Assembly: GCA_964016885.1 (NCBI GenBank)
Contig: OZ024743.1
Span: 369,768,001 to 369,832,000, forward strand
DNA from: Eledone cirrhosa
Lineage: Eukaryota
DNA length: 64,000 bases
Direction of reading: 5' to 3'
The notes below the pieces were generated by a model, which saw nothing but the letters and a program-made list of their open reading frames with translations, searched no databases and had not been told where the DNA came from. This document shows positions 1 to 14,499 of the stretch, piece after piece (positions within the stretch are counted from its first letter, which is position 1; each line of letters starts with the position of its first letter). Position numbers and translations under genes: made by a program.

Positions 1-1467
1 CATTTTTGTATGCAAGCAAATATAAAATATGGTGTCTCTAAGCTGCAGTCACTGTATTTGTGCTGCAAATATTGAAATGTTGCCTCGCAGTAGCTTTGGA
101 TTAAAAATATTTTGCTCTAAGCATCAAAAGTTCTATTTCAAACATTAGAGAAAATGTTTTATGCTAGCTTTTACAAAATTATTGACATTTGAATAATTTA
201 TGTATGTGTGTGTAAAATAACTTAACATTTTTATATCAAATATTGTCCTTCATAAGCCGGAAAAGAGCAATAACACATTGTGTGTGCGAATATTAATAAT
301 TTAGATGTTATAGGGTTAAAGTCAATTACTTATTGAACTTCTATATCGACTAATAAATCAAAATATTTCTGTCCTATCATTGGTTTTTAAGCTGTGAGAA
401 ATACAGCAAGTAAAATGATTTCTAATTTGTTTTTCTTTTCTTTGTGCTTTTTTTTCTTTCTTTTTTCTTTACAACTAAAGGTAGTCTTGTTCTCAAACTC
501 TTGTTTTTCCTTATCTTTTGACTTTAAAAGTTTAAGAAAACCTGTATTCAAGGAACATTAGTCACTGCCATTTTTTTTTTGTCTTTTTTATGGGAACAAG
601 TTAATTTATTTTCTATCTTCATATGAAAACTCAGGACAAATAATTTTTAGGTGGTTTTGTTTGGCCTACTTCCACTAGAATGACATAATTGCCCTCTGAG
701 CCCTTAATCTGGGTCACAGAATATGAATCCTTCTACATCAAACCATTAAAGGTTACAACTCTCACGAAATGTCTGAAATTAAAAATTAACTGTTCATGTA
801 ATGCTTCATTACGAATTATAAAAATCTCTCTCTCTCTCTCTCTTTCACATACTCACACACATAGATTTTAGCAATAATAGAACAGAAGACATATTTATTA
901 TATCATTGCTTTCCTTTTTTATCAAATATTTATTTTAATAACAACACACTCTTTACTTAGACTTTTGTTCAAATCAGTCTTTTTGTTAGTGTATGTTATC
1001 CTCCCCATCATCACATTTTTATATATCTTTAATGAAGAGGGAAGGGGTTTAATAAAGTCAGTATGGATGTTCTCTGGAATAATATTAATATTGGTAATAC
1101 CATGCAACATATTTAGCTAAAAGAAAAATCACAATTTAGTTTACAAACACATATACTACACAACACATATACCACACATGCATTTTATGCTATTAGGTTA
1201 TTGTGAATATTTTTATATTAAAAAAATATATATATTTTAGTAATTTCTAACAGTCTCCACCTTCTCCACTTCCTCCATCACAAACATCTTTGTTTCTTTA
1301 TTTACATAGATAATGTTGGTTTGTGTTGGATCTTTTTAATACTTTTGGTAAACAGAATTATGAAGAACATTTTAAAGTTTTGTCTTCTTTTATGGCACAT
1401 TGGATTATTGCAGCATAAACTTGTTGAAAAATCATCTTCATCATCATTATTGTCATCATCTTCATCT

Positions 1468-2010
1468 CAGCAGAATCAGTAGAGCAGAAGCAAAATATCA
1501 TGGGGTATTTAATGACATCAGTTTACATTCTGAATTGAAATTCTGCCTGGACTGACTTTATCTTCCATTACATCCAAATCAACAAAGTAAAGGACCAGTC
1601 AAATACTAGAGTTGATATAATTGACTATCCTTATCAACTCAGAAAATTGGTGGCCTTGTATCTAAGTTAGAAATCATAGGATGGTTGATTGACAGAATCA
1701 TTAGAACATTATCTTTTTCCAGATCTTATTGTTCTGAGTTCAAATCTAGGTGAGGTCAACTTTGACTTTCATCTTTCTGTGGCCAATAAAATAGAGTATC
1801 TAAGTTCAAATCTAGCTGAGTTTTAATTTGACTTTTGTCTTTCTGTGGCCCATAAAATATAGTATCAATTGAGTGCTGGTGTCAGATGGTGGATGGCAGA
1901 ATAATCTGAGCTTTGGACAAATGCCTTGTGGCATCTATTCTGGGTTTTTACATTCTGAAATCAAATCCTGCTGAAGTTAACTTTGCCTTTCATACTTCTG
2001 GAGTTGCTCT
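1468..2010 (+). mobile_element. Cluster of about 3 decayed tRNA-derived SINE copies
   Basis: Repeated GCAGAATC..TTAGA (A-box-like), TTCTGAGTTCAAATC (B-box-like), AACTTTG(C/A)CTTTCAT core and a TGGCCTTGTATC..AGAAATCAT 3' end, matching the cleaner copies at 13372 and 48391. Confidence 0.6.
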
Positions 2011-3162
2011 AATCAAATGTGTTAGTTCTTTAAAAAATTCTGACAAGAAAACATAGTGAAAATTTTCATAGACAGTTGAGTGTTTTGAGCTGTATCCTGA
2101 ATTTTTGCATTTCATATTATTTTTTAAATTGTTAGAGCTCTGTTACTTTCATAGTCATATGAAATGGCTGCACATTGTGATACTGATTAACTCTATGTTT
2201 CTCCTCACTTGTTCTTTCACTTAATTGTATAATATCATTTTTTTCATACAGCAGTTTGATTATAAGTTTCTGCACATGTCACTCACTCACTTCCAGAAAA
2301 TTTATTGTTTATAAATGTATGTTTATTATGTAAATTTGTCTAGTCTCACACACTTTAGTTCTACTTAAAACAATATATAAGTATTAAAAATAACACAAGA
2401 TTAAAAATAACACAAGAACAATAATGTAAAATCTTTGACAACTACACAAGAGAGTGAGCAGTGATAAATACGAGGTAAAGTTTCAGTGTGCTGAGTCCAC
2501 CAACCTGTTTTGATTCTCGGTTGAAGAATTCATAGAAAAATGCTATAATTATTCAAACTATTTGATTATCTTTCCTGATATAACTATGCAGCCTTGTTGT
2601 TCTATTAATAGTTCTAAATGATAAATGGTGCCATAGACGTAAGTTTGATTTCTAGTCGTAACCATCTTTATTTACTTACGTCATTCATGTTCTTGTTGGC
2701 AAAAAAAGAAGGGTACAAAGGGCTGCATATTTTACTTTTTCTTGTAATTTTGATCCTTTTACATTGGTAAGAAATCAACAGTAGATTTCTGATAAAAATT
2801 GTCATAGCAGACTATTTATTTGATGAATAAACTAAGATTGAAAATGTTTAATTATTTTCCAGTAATGTATACTGATTTGTAATAATAGTTTTCTTTTTAT
2901 ATCACTATTGCTCTTAAGAAACGATTTTGTGTCAATTATGCCTATTTACCTTCTAAATATTTCAAGCTCCTACATATGTAGAAATAATTGTTCCTGCTCT
3001 CTTTATCATATTATGTCATGTAGTAGTAATTTCTTGATAATGGAATTCATGATTATTTACTTCATGTAAGCTGCAAATATGTATGTGTATAACATGAACA
3101 AATATAGTTTATACCATATTCTTTTTTCCCTCTATACACTCACACACACAGATACATATATG

Positions 3163-3195
<33 letters not shown>

Positions 3196-3794
3196 CTTTG
3201 TGTATGTGTACACATACCTAATGATCATGAACTTATTTTGCCTTGAATACAAGTTGTGCACATTTTAAGCTTGCCACTACGTTTCTATCAAATTCTCAAC
3301 TCATACCTGTAAGCAGTAGAACTATTAAAATGGTGGCTCAAAATCAAACTTGTGATTCGTATCCACATATAGACACTATATATATACATATATATTGTGT
3401 ATATATATGTATGTGTGTGTGTGTGTATGGCCAAGGTTTTAGGACTGGGACCCTTATAATTAAAATACTCAAGAAATTTTTTATGAGATGTAACTTTACT
3501 TAGCTGTAAATTTCACTTCGCACTTTCCATATTCCAGTGCAAGGTAAAATATTCATGTCTTTCTAAAGGGCATTAGCAGTATTAAAATTGTCATACCACC
3601 CAGAACTGGGTATTTGGCTTAATATATCACATTCCTGATTATAACTTCAAGTTTTATCATGGATCTCATATAACTGCATATTAAGTAAATACTGAAAATG
3701 ATTTTTGGCTTGATATAATGAAGTAAGTGAAATGGTTTCAACCAGATCAGGGACTCACTTCATTGGGAACATATCTCTTCATTACTCTGGACTG

Positions 3795-3998
3795 ATGGTA
3801 ATTAGTAGAGCATCGGACAACACGCTTTGCAGCATATATTTACATCCCATTACATTCTGAGTTCAAATCTTGCTACAGTTAGCTTTTTTTTTTCATCCTT
3901 ATGGGATCAATAAAATAAAGTACCAGTAATGCACTGGTCTCAATTCAATTGATTTTCCCTTCCTCAATATTGTTGGCCTTGTATCTAAATCATTATCA
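3795..3998 (+). mobile_element. tRNA-derived SINE copy
   Basis: TTCTGAGTTCAAATC, TTTCATCCTTATGGGATCAATAAAATAAAGTACCAGTAATGCACTGG and TGGCCTTGTATC..ATCATTAT, collinear with 48391-48538. Confidence 0.7.
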
Positions 3999-6900
3999 TA
4001 AATATTTTCGGGTCTGCTTTTATGTTACAACTCCATCAACAAAGCTCCAAACCATTTATGTGTAAGATTTTTTTTTAGTTGTTGTAATTTCAAATTGATT
4101 GAGAATAATGGTTTAATACCACTTAGACATTAATCATCTGGAAATTGTTCAGCAAGATAAACGTCATCTAAATGTGATTTGTTTTTCTTACATGGAAACA
4201 TAAGAATTGTCACGTTTGACTTTCATATTAAGCTGATAAACTGAAAACCATGTTATGACTAATTTATAAATATTAAATTGAAATGTTGCCGAGTTTTTCC
4301 TGTAACTTTAAAAAAAAAAAGATTATACCTATTTTCTTTGTTAATTTTATGAGTATTTTATACATCAGCCTTTTCTTGAATGCCAGTTCGTGTTTCTCAT
4401 CTTAGCCTTTTTATTTTTGTTCTAAGTATCATGAAACTAATGCATAAAACAAGCCTCAAATGTGTGTAGTCTTTTTTGAAGTTCATTTTAAAATCGCCCA
4501 TTTTACATTTCCTACTGTCTACCTTGCCATTGAGAAGTAATTTAATCCAGCTGTGATCTGTTGCTTTCCAGTTGATGTTTCAGATTGTCTTTTATTTATT
4601 TCTATAACGACTTTATTAAAAATCGACGGCATTTTTGAAAAAAAACCTGTTCATACGAATTTGTAAATGAATTTTTTTCTGTGGTGGAATCATCTGGAAT
4701 ATTCTAACTGATACTGATCTCCATAATTTCCTTCTTTTGTAAAGAATACATAAAAAAATTAAAAACAAATATTTTATTTGTTTTCAAGCATTTTAAATCT
4801 AAAAAGCAAAAAATCTGGCTATACAATAATAATCTAGTCAATGGTTCTAAGGATAATTTTGGGCTGTGATATTTTCAAGTACTGTGTAAATGATTAATGT
4901 CTATTTTTTCTGCAATTTCCACCAGTTTCTGTCTGTGATAAGTTGTTAAGCAACATGCTATGTACAGCAGAAAATTTCTCTACAAAGGTTAACTTAGGCA
5001 AAGAACTAGTCATGTTCTGTTACTCAGGGAAAGTCCAGTTGTCAAGTTTCAGACCTTAGTGGTTTTTTACAGTTTCACACTTCAATAGCTTCTACAGTTT
5101 CTATTGATTCTTTTCTGCTATTTAGCTTCTTAGACAAAACCAGCTTATTGTGATCCTTTTCATACAGTTTATTTTCTCATATAAATGAGAACTAATTAGT
5201 TGGTAAGTCGTTTCATGTTGTTAGTTGAAAACAAAATATCAATTTAATAATTTAAGAAAAGAAAACAAAATATCAATTTATTAAATAAAAAAAAGAAACA
5301 AAGCAGAATTATAAAAATTACATGAAAATAATCTGTAGTAACTAGCATGTTTTAACTGTATGTGTGCTTCCTGTGATGACTAGTCTCCTATAATGTTTTA
5401 TAATCTAATGTATTGCTAAAGAAAACAACAAAAATATACAAGCCAGATTTCATTATGTAAAAGCAAATTGGCTATCAGAGAGTAAAGGGGATCAATCAAA
5501 ATTAATCTCACCTCTTATTTCATAATTATAATTTAATTATTGCTCTTGAATTAAAAAGAACAAGAAATGTGGGAGATCATTAGTATCTTTCGAATGGTGA
5601 ATTAAACATTTTGTAATGACTGTTGCCGAAGATATAAAATATTGATCGTATAACTAACTTCTCAGGATTTTGTGAAACATTAACGCAGTGTCTTCATTTT
5701 TTTTCCTTTTTCATTTTTACAATCGTTGATGTCTTTTAGTTTTCTGTCTGTGCCTTTGGTCAGGGGAGGTTAGCATAATTTGCTGGAAATCTTTTTTTTC
5801 TGAATGATGTTTTTTTTATGTAAATATATTTTCCATATGAAACAACAAATCATTGCAACACTATAGATGAACTTTGTTAGTATACTACTGGGTAGTTAAA
5901 TATTCGGATTATTTCTGATACTTACAATGGCTGTGTGGTGAATAAAAAAACTGGATACACTAGTTACCTTGTAAATTTGTGTCCTACCACAGGATCATTG
6001 GCTAAAATATTTAACCTGGTTTGTGTAGCTTCATATATGTCACCATATAAATTTGTGACTGCTTGTCTCAGTTAAGTCATTTTAATGCTGGCCATTTATG
6101 TCATATTGGTTAATTATATAATAAATTGGTTCGCTAAATTTCCTTTCCACGTAATAGACACTTTCATTTTCTCTCTCGACTGTCACCCATAATTCTAAAG
6201 CTTCATGTCTAATTATAAAATTACTATCATTGTCATCAGTATCAACAATATCAGCTGTGTGTATACTAATCAGTTACTAGACATAAATCTAAGGTAATGT
6301 GTTTTTAGTTTACCTATTTCTCATGCAGTATACATTTTTATTTTCTTGTTTTAGCCAGAAAACAGTGTACATAATTGTATACAACATTGGTTGTGCCTTA
6401 CTTAAATAGAAGGCTTACAATCAAGTATAGGGCAATACACTCACACTCTCACATGCACACATATTTATATCTATATAGTCTATAAAACAACATAGGGCTT
6501 CACTAAACGTTTTCTACTACATATTGGGATTTACAACAATAATTTCATTTCTGTCAAAAGTATTTGTTTTTCAAAAGAATAAATGGTATCAATAAAACAT
6601 TTTAAGAATGTCAATAAGTATTTCGAATTTGACATTATATTGGGGAAGCAAATAATACTGAAAAATGGCTCAGATAGTTTAGACATAGCAAGTTCTTGGT
6701 TAGAATTTTTCAAACTTGTTTTGCAGGCTAACTAATGGCTGCATAGTATAAAAATGGAAGCATCTTGGTCATTCATTGAATACACTTACACCAAAGAAAC
6801 CCATGATATGTTCTTGTTACTACTGTATTACTTAAAATACTACTGTATTACTTAAAATACAAGAATGAAGCTATTTGATAGTGACAGTTATAGGGGAACT

Positions 6901-7076
6901 CCAACAAGAACAATGGCTAGGTTTTTTTTAAAGAAATGAAAACCAAAAAAAAAAAAAAAAAAACATTTAAGAGTTATCCTCTCCCATATGTTTATATTTT
7001 TTCTCTCTTATTTTGAAATATTTCTAAGGATTAAAAAAATGAAGGAGGCCCATAAAATATGTACCGGCTTTGTGAT

Positions 7077-7107
<31 letters not shown>

Positions 7108-8164
7108 GAAAGGGAGAAAGTGGGTAGTATTTCGATTGATCTGCTAGCTGTGTTAGTTTAGCAGTCCATTAAATAACCACTGCCAGAACAAAGTGATAAA
7201 TATTCACTTTAACAACCAACTAAACAAGCACAGCAGCAATGTAAGAAGATGATGGAATAAGAATGCATTACAGATGGTAATGATATATGAGGGAAGGGGG
7301 TAGTATGGTGACTTCCTTATTTTTCAACTGTAATAACTTCAATATTGTGATGGTCACTCATATTTAGAGAACATCATGTGATTCAGCACGACGAGTTTCC
7401 AGCTGTACAGTCTTCTCATAATCTGTAAAGTTCATGTGAAATAAAATCTTCAAGCTGAAAGTCTTAATCCTGTACTTGTTTGTTTATTTGTTGTCTAATT
7501 GTTAATACTGTATATTTTGACATTATGTGTCAAATAACCAGCCTGATATATCTGGTTGTATGTTAGGCTTTTTACAGTGACTTAATTTCATATAATTCAA
7601 AGCAATATAAATATATCATTTTGCAAATGAAGAAACAATAACTCAAAGTATTAATTGGGATGAAAAGGGTAGTTGTAATGATTTAGCTTCCTTTCCCAAA
7701 TATATTTGCAACATATGTAAAGTAAAATGTTTCTAAAAGAAAAATATAAAGATGTTGGCAACTCAGCTCAGCTGAGAGAATAACAGAAACACTAGTTACA
7801 GTCTTTAGGATAATAATATGCTTTGGCTCCCCATTTAGCAGTTTTAGTCAACTATACAAATCCCAGTAATTACTCTGGTACTTTTTTTTTAAATCACTAA
7901 TTATCATGTGGTCAAGTTATCCTTTGGTGTGAAAATACCAACCTACCCCAAACTGCCTCTATTATAGGGTTCAAATTTAAATTTAAACCTTGGACCTGAA
8001 ATCTTATAACATACCAGATAATATTAAACTTCAGTAATTGAATACTGGTACTCACTTTCAGCTGAGTTTACTGTAGCAACGTGAAATAAAGTGTTTTACC
8101 CAAGAAAACAATGCAGCAGTCTGTCCAGGAATCAAACTGACATTATGATCATAAGTTATGTTGG

Positions 8165-8441
8165 TACCACAACACCCAGTCCGAAACAAATGAGGTCATG
8201 TAGGTGTCATGACAAAAAAACACACAGTCCACGCTGTAATGTGACCGTGTAGGTAACACGGTAAAAACCTCCCAGTCCACACTGTAAACGTGGTTGGTGT
8301 TAGGAAGGGCATCCAGCTGTAGAAAACCCGCCAGACAATCCTATACGAGCAGGACAACAAATCTTGCCTCAAGTGGGAAAACTCCTGTCCAAACCCATGC
8401 AAGCGTGGAAGATGGACGTTAAACGATGATGATGATGATGA
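8165..8441 (+). mobile_element. RTE 3'UTR-type fragment with (GAT)n tail (truncated LINE or RTE-dependent SINE tail)
   Basis: GGTTGGTGTTAGGAAGGGCATCCAGCTGTAGAAA and CCCATGC.AGCGTGGAAGA.GGACGT.AAACGATGATGATG match the 3' end of the RTE at 17795-18090. More decayed copies lie at about 9480-9662, 11400-11485 and 17330-17620. Confidence 0.7.
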
Positions 8442-8550
8442 AGTCCAATATCCTAACCATTAGGCAAACAATGAATGTTTAAAATATAAGTATGTGTGTT
8501 GTATTAATACATAGATATAAAGTAGATAAGATGCACAAGCATAAAATAAT

Positions 8551-8890
8551 TTTCTTCTTCTTCACCCACTTATTCCTGAGTGGGTCATGGGGGAAGAGTC
8601 CTCAAACACTTGTTCCAGCAGGGTCCTGTGAAAAGCAACCATCTCCAACTGATCCATCTGGATCCCCAAGCAGATGGTTTTGCCTGTAAAATCTGTCCAG
8701 TGATTCTTTCCTGAGACATTCTAACCACATGCCCCTAGTATCGGAGCTGTGATGATCTCTCAATTTGGTGTAGTAGTGGCTCTACCTGGAGTGACTCTCT
8801 GATCTCTGAGCTATGCACTCTATGGAGTAACATCACTCCAAATACCCTTGGAGGAACCCCATTTCGGCTGCTTGTATTCACATAGAAGAA
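8551..8890 (-). mobile_element. 3' fragment of a second RTE-type LINE with (GAA)n tail
   Basis: Begins at (TTC)n and aligns with 23718-24080 (CACCCACT..GGGTCATGGG..TCAAACAC..GCAACCATCTCCAACTGA). Confidence 0.65.
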
Positions 8891-9730
8891 TGATTAAGAA
8901 ATTCACTTTGCAACTATGAGGTGCTGGGTTTGAACAGCATCTTGTGTGGGTGTGTTTATTTTTATAATAGTCTTGGACTGACACAATCCTTTGGAATAAA
9001 ACTGGATGGAAACTGTGTAGAGTCCAGGCAGATGAGAGGTACATGATATCAATGATCTTTTCTGTTAAAGAGAAATCCATATATTCAAATGTCATAGACA
9101 TATGGGCATATTATCTTTTATTTGAATTATCAAAGCACTGGATGATTTGAAATTTGAAAATATGGGAATCCCAAATACAGAAAATAATTGTAACACCAAT
9201 CGATAGCAATAAATAATATCATAAAAATTTGGGTAAAATACTCTTATGGACAGAAGAAAGTGGTCTGCAGTTGCTACAGAGAATTAAACTCTATATCTCA
9301 AATACTGTTTTATTCTCTGCTTTGTTTACTTGTTTTAATTTGCTGTGGTTGAAATAAATTAATTCAATTGAAAATCAGATATTGATATCTAGGAGTTCAC
9401 CACCATCTTAAAACTACTCATTCATAGATCTAAATTCCAGCCCACTCTGTAAGGTCATAATTCAAGTGTCATGATAAAAAATCTCCCATTATGTGCTGTA
9501 AAATTGTTGGCATTAGGAAGAGCATCCAGTTTTAGAAACCAAACCAAAATTGGAGTGTATAATTTTAAGACATGGTCACCTGACCAGTCTAGCCTCAGTA
9601 CAAGATAACACATCTAACCCATGCAAATATAGAAAATAGACATTAAACTGTGATGATGATAATGTAGCCACTATTTGTGTGACAAGGATTTACACAGCTG
9701 GTAAGTTGTAGCTGTTGTGTCAAAAGGTTG

Positions 9731-10665
9731 TAATGTGTGTCAGAAAAGTAACAAGTCTTAGTGTGCTGTGTGAGCTATGAGTATGGTAGGGATTAACAGG
9801 TTGTCTCTGTGTGACAAAATATCCAGGGAGTATATAACTGCAATCTCAGCTCTCTGTAGACATTGTATGTTTTTTCATGTGCTTTTGTTAACAGCTCCTC
9901 AATTTTAGACCATTAAGAAATGGAAACAGAGCAATGAACTAGCCTGAAGTTTCTGGTCTGGCTGGATGGCTGGAGAAAACTCTGTCAGAAGCACTCAGAA
10001 TACTGCAGCAAGTGTACGGATATTAGACTATGTCATGCCCACACATTTTCAAGTGGCTCAAAAGGTTCAAAGTGGGATGCAAGAACATGGAAGACAACCC
10101 CGCAGCAGAAGTCTTTCAACAAGCAAGACTGAGGCCAACATTGAGCATGTTAGGCATGTGGTGCATAGTGTTCATCAGCTGACTGTTTGACTGATTGTAT
10201 GTGAGCTGGACATGAGTTGCGACAGCATTTAGAAGATTATCACCAAAGATGTGGGCATGCAAAAGATCTGTGAAAAGATGGTACTGAAGCTGCCAAACGA
10301 TGGGCCAAAGGAGCAGCAGATGCAGGAGTGTCAAGGCATCCTCAAATGTCTTAAAACTGAACCACACCTGCTGGGAAGAGTCTTCACCTGTGATGAGTCA
10401 TAGATATTTGAGTATGATCCATTTTTCGAATGTGGAAGCCATCAAGAGGATGGAGATGCAGAGAATCCTTCCAGGAGCTGCAGAGAATCCTTCCAGGAGC
10501 TGCAGAGAATCCTTCCAGGAGTGCATGGAGACAGCAGAAAAGGATGGGAAAGTGAGTTAGACTCGAGGGGGGTTATTTTGAAGGGCAAAACTTATAGTTT
10601 GTAGTTTAGATTTGAAATAGTATTTTTGTGACCCCAGACCTGTTTCTTTTCTGATACACCTCGTA
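9731..10665 (+). mobile_element. Internally deleted, decayed mariner-family DNA transposon
   Basis: Imperfect TIRs: GTGTGTCAGAAAAGTAACAAGTCT (9735-9758) versus the reverse complement of 10636-10665, TACGAGGTGTATCAGAAAAGAAACAGGTCT. Frameshifted transposase remnants: LQQVYG, FKWLKRFK, STSKTEANIEHV, KMVLKLP (WVPxxL-like) and C-terminal GYFEG. Confidence 0.8.
10458..10521. repeat. 22-bp tandem repeat, about 3 copies (GCAGAGAATCCTTCCAGGAGCT)
   Basis: Read directly; lies near the internal deletion of the mariner relic. Confidence 0.85.
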
Positions 10666-12160
10666 TATATAAAAAGTTAAATAACAAATGGCAAATTGTG
10701 TGTTGTTATAAACTCATTGCTATATTTTCTAGTTTGGTTTTACTGTCAGCAATGCATTTATAGTTGCTTTCTTATTTCCCTGGACAACATCCATACATCT
10801 TTGGCCCGGCTGTTCTTCTGATGGTTTCCTTTAACTGATGACAAACTCTCCATATTTTGAACACATCCATCAGGATTCTCTGCAGTTCCGTCATAGATCA
10901 GAAAAGTATTTCCTAATGTTTCCAATCACAACTTGTGGAAATAAGCAAAGAGGAGTGAGACTAACAAGGCTACAGTTGAAATAATTTGGATGATATATTT
11001 TGGTAAATATAGATAAAGTTGATTCTCTGTTCTTGACAATAATAGCAAAAGATATATGATGGGTGAAAATGAAAGTGTGGATGTCTGATGAAGATTTTTC
11101 TAAAAGAACTTGGAGGATGTTTATCAGCATAAGGGTAATGAAAATAAATGTTCTTCCATGTGTGGCCAGTTTGGCATGGTTGAGTGGGATGGAACAAAAA
11201 TGGGATTAAGAATAAGAATTGTTTTATCACATAGTTTTATTTGTTTTTCTTTATTGTGCTTGATGGATTTATTTAATTCATGTAAATGTGTCATAAGTAT
11301 AACATCCTTTATTATTTAACCATAAGAGTGCAGGAACATACACAAGTGAAATGTAGGTCCTTAGCTCATCTTAGAGGTCAGTAGCTCTGATTAAGCACAG
11401 ATTTGGTCTCAGACAACCTGTCCAACCCTTGCTAGAAAGGAAAATGGACGTTAAATGATAATGACTATGATGATTATGATGATGATATTAAATGTTATAA
11501 TCCTAATCCTCTAATTTTGTATCACAAATGCTTGATCCAACCTTCCCCCAAAATTACCGATGTTGGTATGTATTGGAGAAAAATAGCCTGCAGTATTATG
11601 CATCTCAATCTTCTAAGTTCAAATCCTGCAGAGTGTCATAGTCTCATAGTCTGAGTTAGTTCTTATTTGAAGTTTCTGTCCTCCTATTAGGACTTGCCCA
11701 TCTGTTCTATTTTTGGTATGGTTTCTACAGTTGCTCTTCTTATTGCCAATAACTTTACAAAATGTACTGAGTGCATTTTATTCTGGCACCAACATATGAG
11801 GATTGCCTTATCCCCAGCCAAATTAAAGAGTCCTCTCTACTCCCTGCTCTTGGCAATGTGATCAAGAAGATGACCAGAGGAGACAGTGTTGAAGGAGAGA
11901 ACTGGGTCAAGATGGTGACAAAGGAGGTAGTAATGGAAGAGTGGCAATGATAGTGATAGACAGCTACATGCAGTTTATTGTTGAGGAGATTGAATAGATA
12001 AACAAGATGAGTGGTGAGATAGAGGGAGAGAAAGAGATACTAGGGAGATAGGCTGATAGTAGAGGGAGTAATGGATGTAAGAGAGTGGTGGGGAAGAAAA
12101 AACAGTGATTATGTGAGGAAGAAAGTGATGGATAACAATAAAGTTGGTTGGTAGTGAGCA

Positions 12161-12222
<62 letters not shown>

Positions 12223-12382
12223 ATAATAATAAATGTGAAGATTAAAATCCAAAGAGGGTTCAATATGGATAAATATATATCAAATATATAAGAACAAATA
12301 TTTATTAAAATAACAGATTAAAGTTTAAGCAAAGAACCGCTGCTTTCATCTTTAATCTGTTATTTTAATAAATATATATATA

Positions 12383-12960
12383 TCATCATTGTTTTTACGT
12401 CTGCTTTTCTATGCTTGCATGGGTTCGATGAGTCCTTCTCAGCATGGCATCCCTCCACTTGTCATATTCCTTCGTCATCTCCTCTGCCAGTCTTAGTGAT
12501 TTGAGGTACGCTCTCACAATCTATGTCCAGGTCTTTCTTGGTTGGCTCCTTTCTTTTGGGAATCAGTGGTGCCAAGCGCACCAGCATCATTTCTAATAAA
12601 TTTTTTTCTCAACAACATCTTGATTCACACTAACACACTGCCTTGCAAAACAGAACACTTCACACCTCTGATCCTCATGTCTCAAGACATTGGCAAATTT
12701 ACTTTCTTCAGCCTCTCACCGAACTGTGTACACCTCCTGCCTAGCTTTTTTCTTAGCTACCTGGTACTGGTCTCTGTTACCCCCATTTTCCAGTCTTTTT
12801 ATGCCTGTCTCTTGCATGGCATCCCTCCATCCAATGGTTGCAGTTCCACCACCAGCTCACCCTCTGTCTGACTGGTGCTTTACTCCAACCAGAAGTCTCT
12901 CCGGTAGTTCACAAAAGGTTGCATAAGAATTTCCAGTTGTCCTCTACATTATATGTGTCT
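12383..12960 (-). mobile_element. Decayed 3' part of an RTE LINE
   Basis: (CAT)n tail plus TTTTACGTC.GC..TTC.ATGCT.GCATGGGTT, as at 17795-17850, followed by degenerate similarity to the RTE C-terminal coding region. Confidence 0.55.
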
Positions 12961-13371
12961 AGCTTGTCATCCCTCATCAAATCTTAAAGTTAAGATCGTT
13001 TTTTTTTTTTTATTCTTATCTCTCTCTCTTTCTTCACATTACTTCCACGTATCAATAACACCTCAGCCATATTTTTCACAATAGCTTTTATTACTAATCT
13101 TTCTGCTATTTACCATGATGGCTAGCTATCTACCTATATCTTTCAGACGTCTATATTATTATCGTTACAATATATATATATATATGTGTATATGGTAGGG
13201 ACCCATAACTAATGAGGGAGTCGTAGGGGAGCCATATTGACATACAGTGTTTCTAGAGCATTTCTTTTTAGCCTGGTCGAGCCCATCTCCTCTCCAGGTC
13301 TGAATACAGTAAATTTCTTCCATAGAAAGATAGAGAGTGAGAGAAAAGAAGTGAGAAAGAGTTATACATGA

Positions 13372-13522
13372 AGAATCGACCCCAGTACTTGACTGGTACT
13401 TTTTTTATCGACCATGAATGATGAAAGGGAAAGTTGACCTCAGCGGGGTTTGAACTCAGAGAACAAAGAGCTGAAAGGAATACTACAAAGCATTCTATCC
13501 GACGTTCTAACGACTCTGCCAA
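13372..13522 (-). mobile_element. tRNA-derived SINE (head and central domain)
   Basis: Sense strand reads TGGCAGAGTCGTTAGAACG (A box) ... GAGTTCAAACCCC (B box) ... GGTCAACTTTCCCTTTCATC..GGTCGATAAAA..GTACCAGTCAAGTACTGGGGTCGAT. Confidence 0.75.
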
Positions 13523-13548
13523 ATTAACGCCTGCACACGCACACACAA

Positions 13549-13583
<35 letters not shown>

Positions 13584-13739
13584 GAGAGAGAGATGTCAAT
13601 GAGTGATATTAGAAGGAATAATGAGGAGAGTTCGATGGCTAATGATAAAGAAGGATGATGATAGGAGGATTGAATACAGGCAGATCTGTATTTCATTACA
13701 CTGAGTGAGGAAGTAGTGACATTGCTAAGAAAGGACCTG

Positions 13740-14450
13740 AACAAGGTAGATGTGATAGATGACTTTACTGAATACAGGGCTGAAGGTTTTGGCAAAGGTG
13801 CTTATGATGAGGTTGGCACTTCTTATTGGGAGTACACTCAAATATGCACAGACCTGTACAAGCCCTGGTAGATCTATCCATGACAACCTGCACCTCATCA
13901 GACACAGCATAGAGTGGGTTTGAAGTGGATTTTGCTTTAGCAGGGCACTGATCAATTTATATCAGTCAAAAGCTTTCAATATAGTCAACCATCACAACTT
14001 GGAGGATATTCTAGGTGAGCAGCTGTTTTCAACCTTTTTTTTTTTCAGAAGCTGGATTGCTGCATTCTACAGTGATATCTATCCGGTGGTCAAACTAAAC
14101 AGCCCTTGTCAAATGTTCAGTCCATCAGGGATGTCCCAAAAGGAACTCCACTTGAAGCTGTTTACAGAGCCATATCTGCATATATAGATGATATCGCTGT
14201 CATGGTGTCACACACTTCAGATAAAGAGGCAGTTGGTAACCTACTGGAAGAATACCAGCAGGTTACTGGAGCTTGTATTAACTGGGACAATTCTGTTGAA
14301 GTAACCTAGTTGAATTGCTTGGAGTCTGGTTTGAACTGGACCTCCAGGTACACAAGAACTGGGAGGAATTCACAAACAGGATAGCCAATCTCTCTTAGAA
14401 GTAGACAGAGAAAACTCTCCCTCCAAGGCTGGGCTGAAGTGGCCAACATC
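13740..14450 (+). pseudogene. Old Tx1-like RT fragment
   Basis: Broken translation LAKVL..RLA, QTC..PGRSIHDNLHL, QSKAF, ISAYIDDIAVMVS, EYQQVTGACINWD, collinear with ORF2 of the elements at 52-63 kb. Confidence 0.75.
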
Positions 14451-14499
14451 TAGTGACATGTCTTTCCACAACTCATATTCTTCACTGAGCTACAGTCAA

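Noticed and set aside
1-8000. Short ORFs in the AT-rich left region
   Set aside because: No protein motifs or coding bias; consistent with intronic or intergenic DNA.
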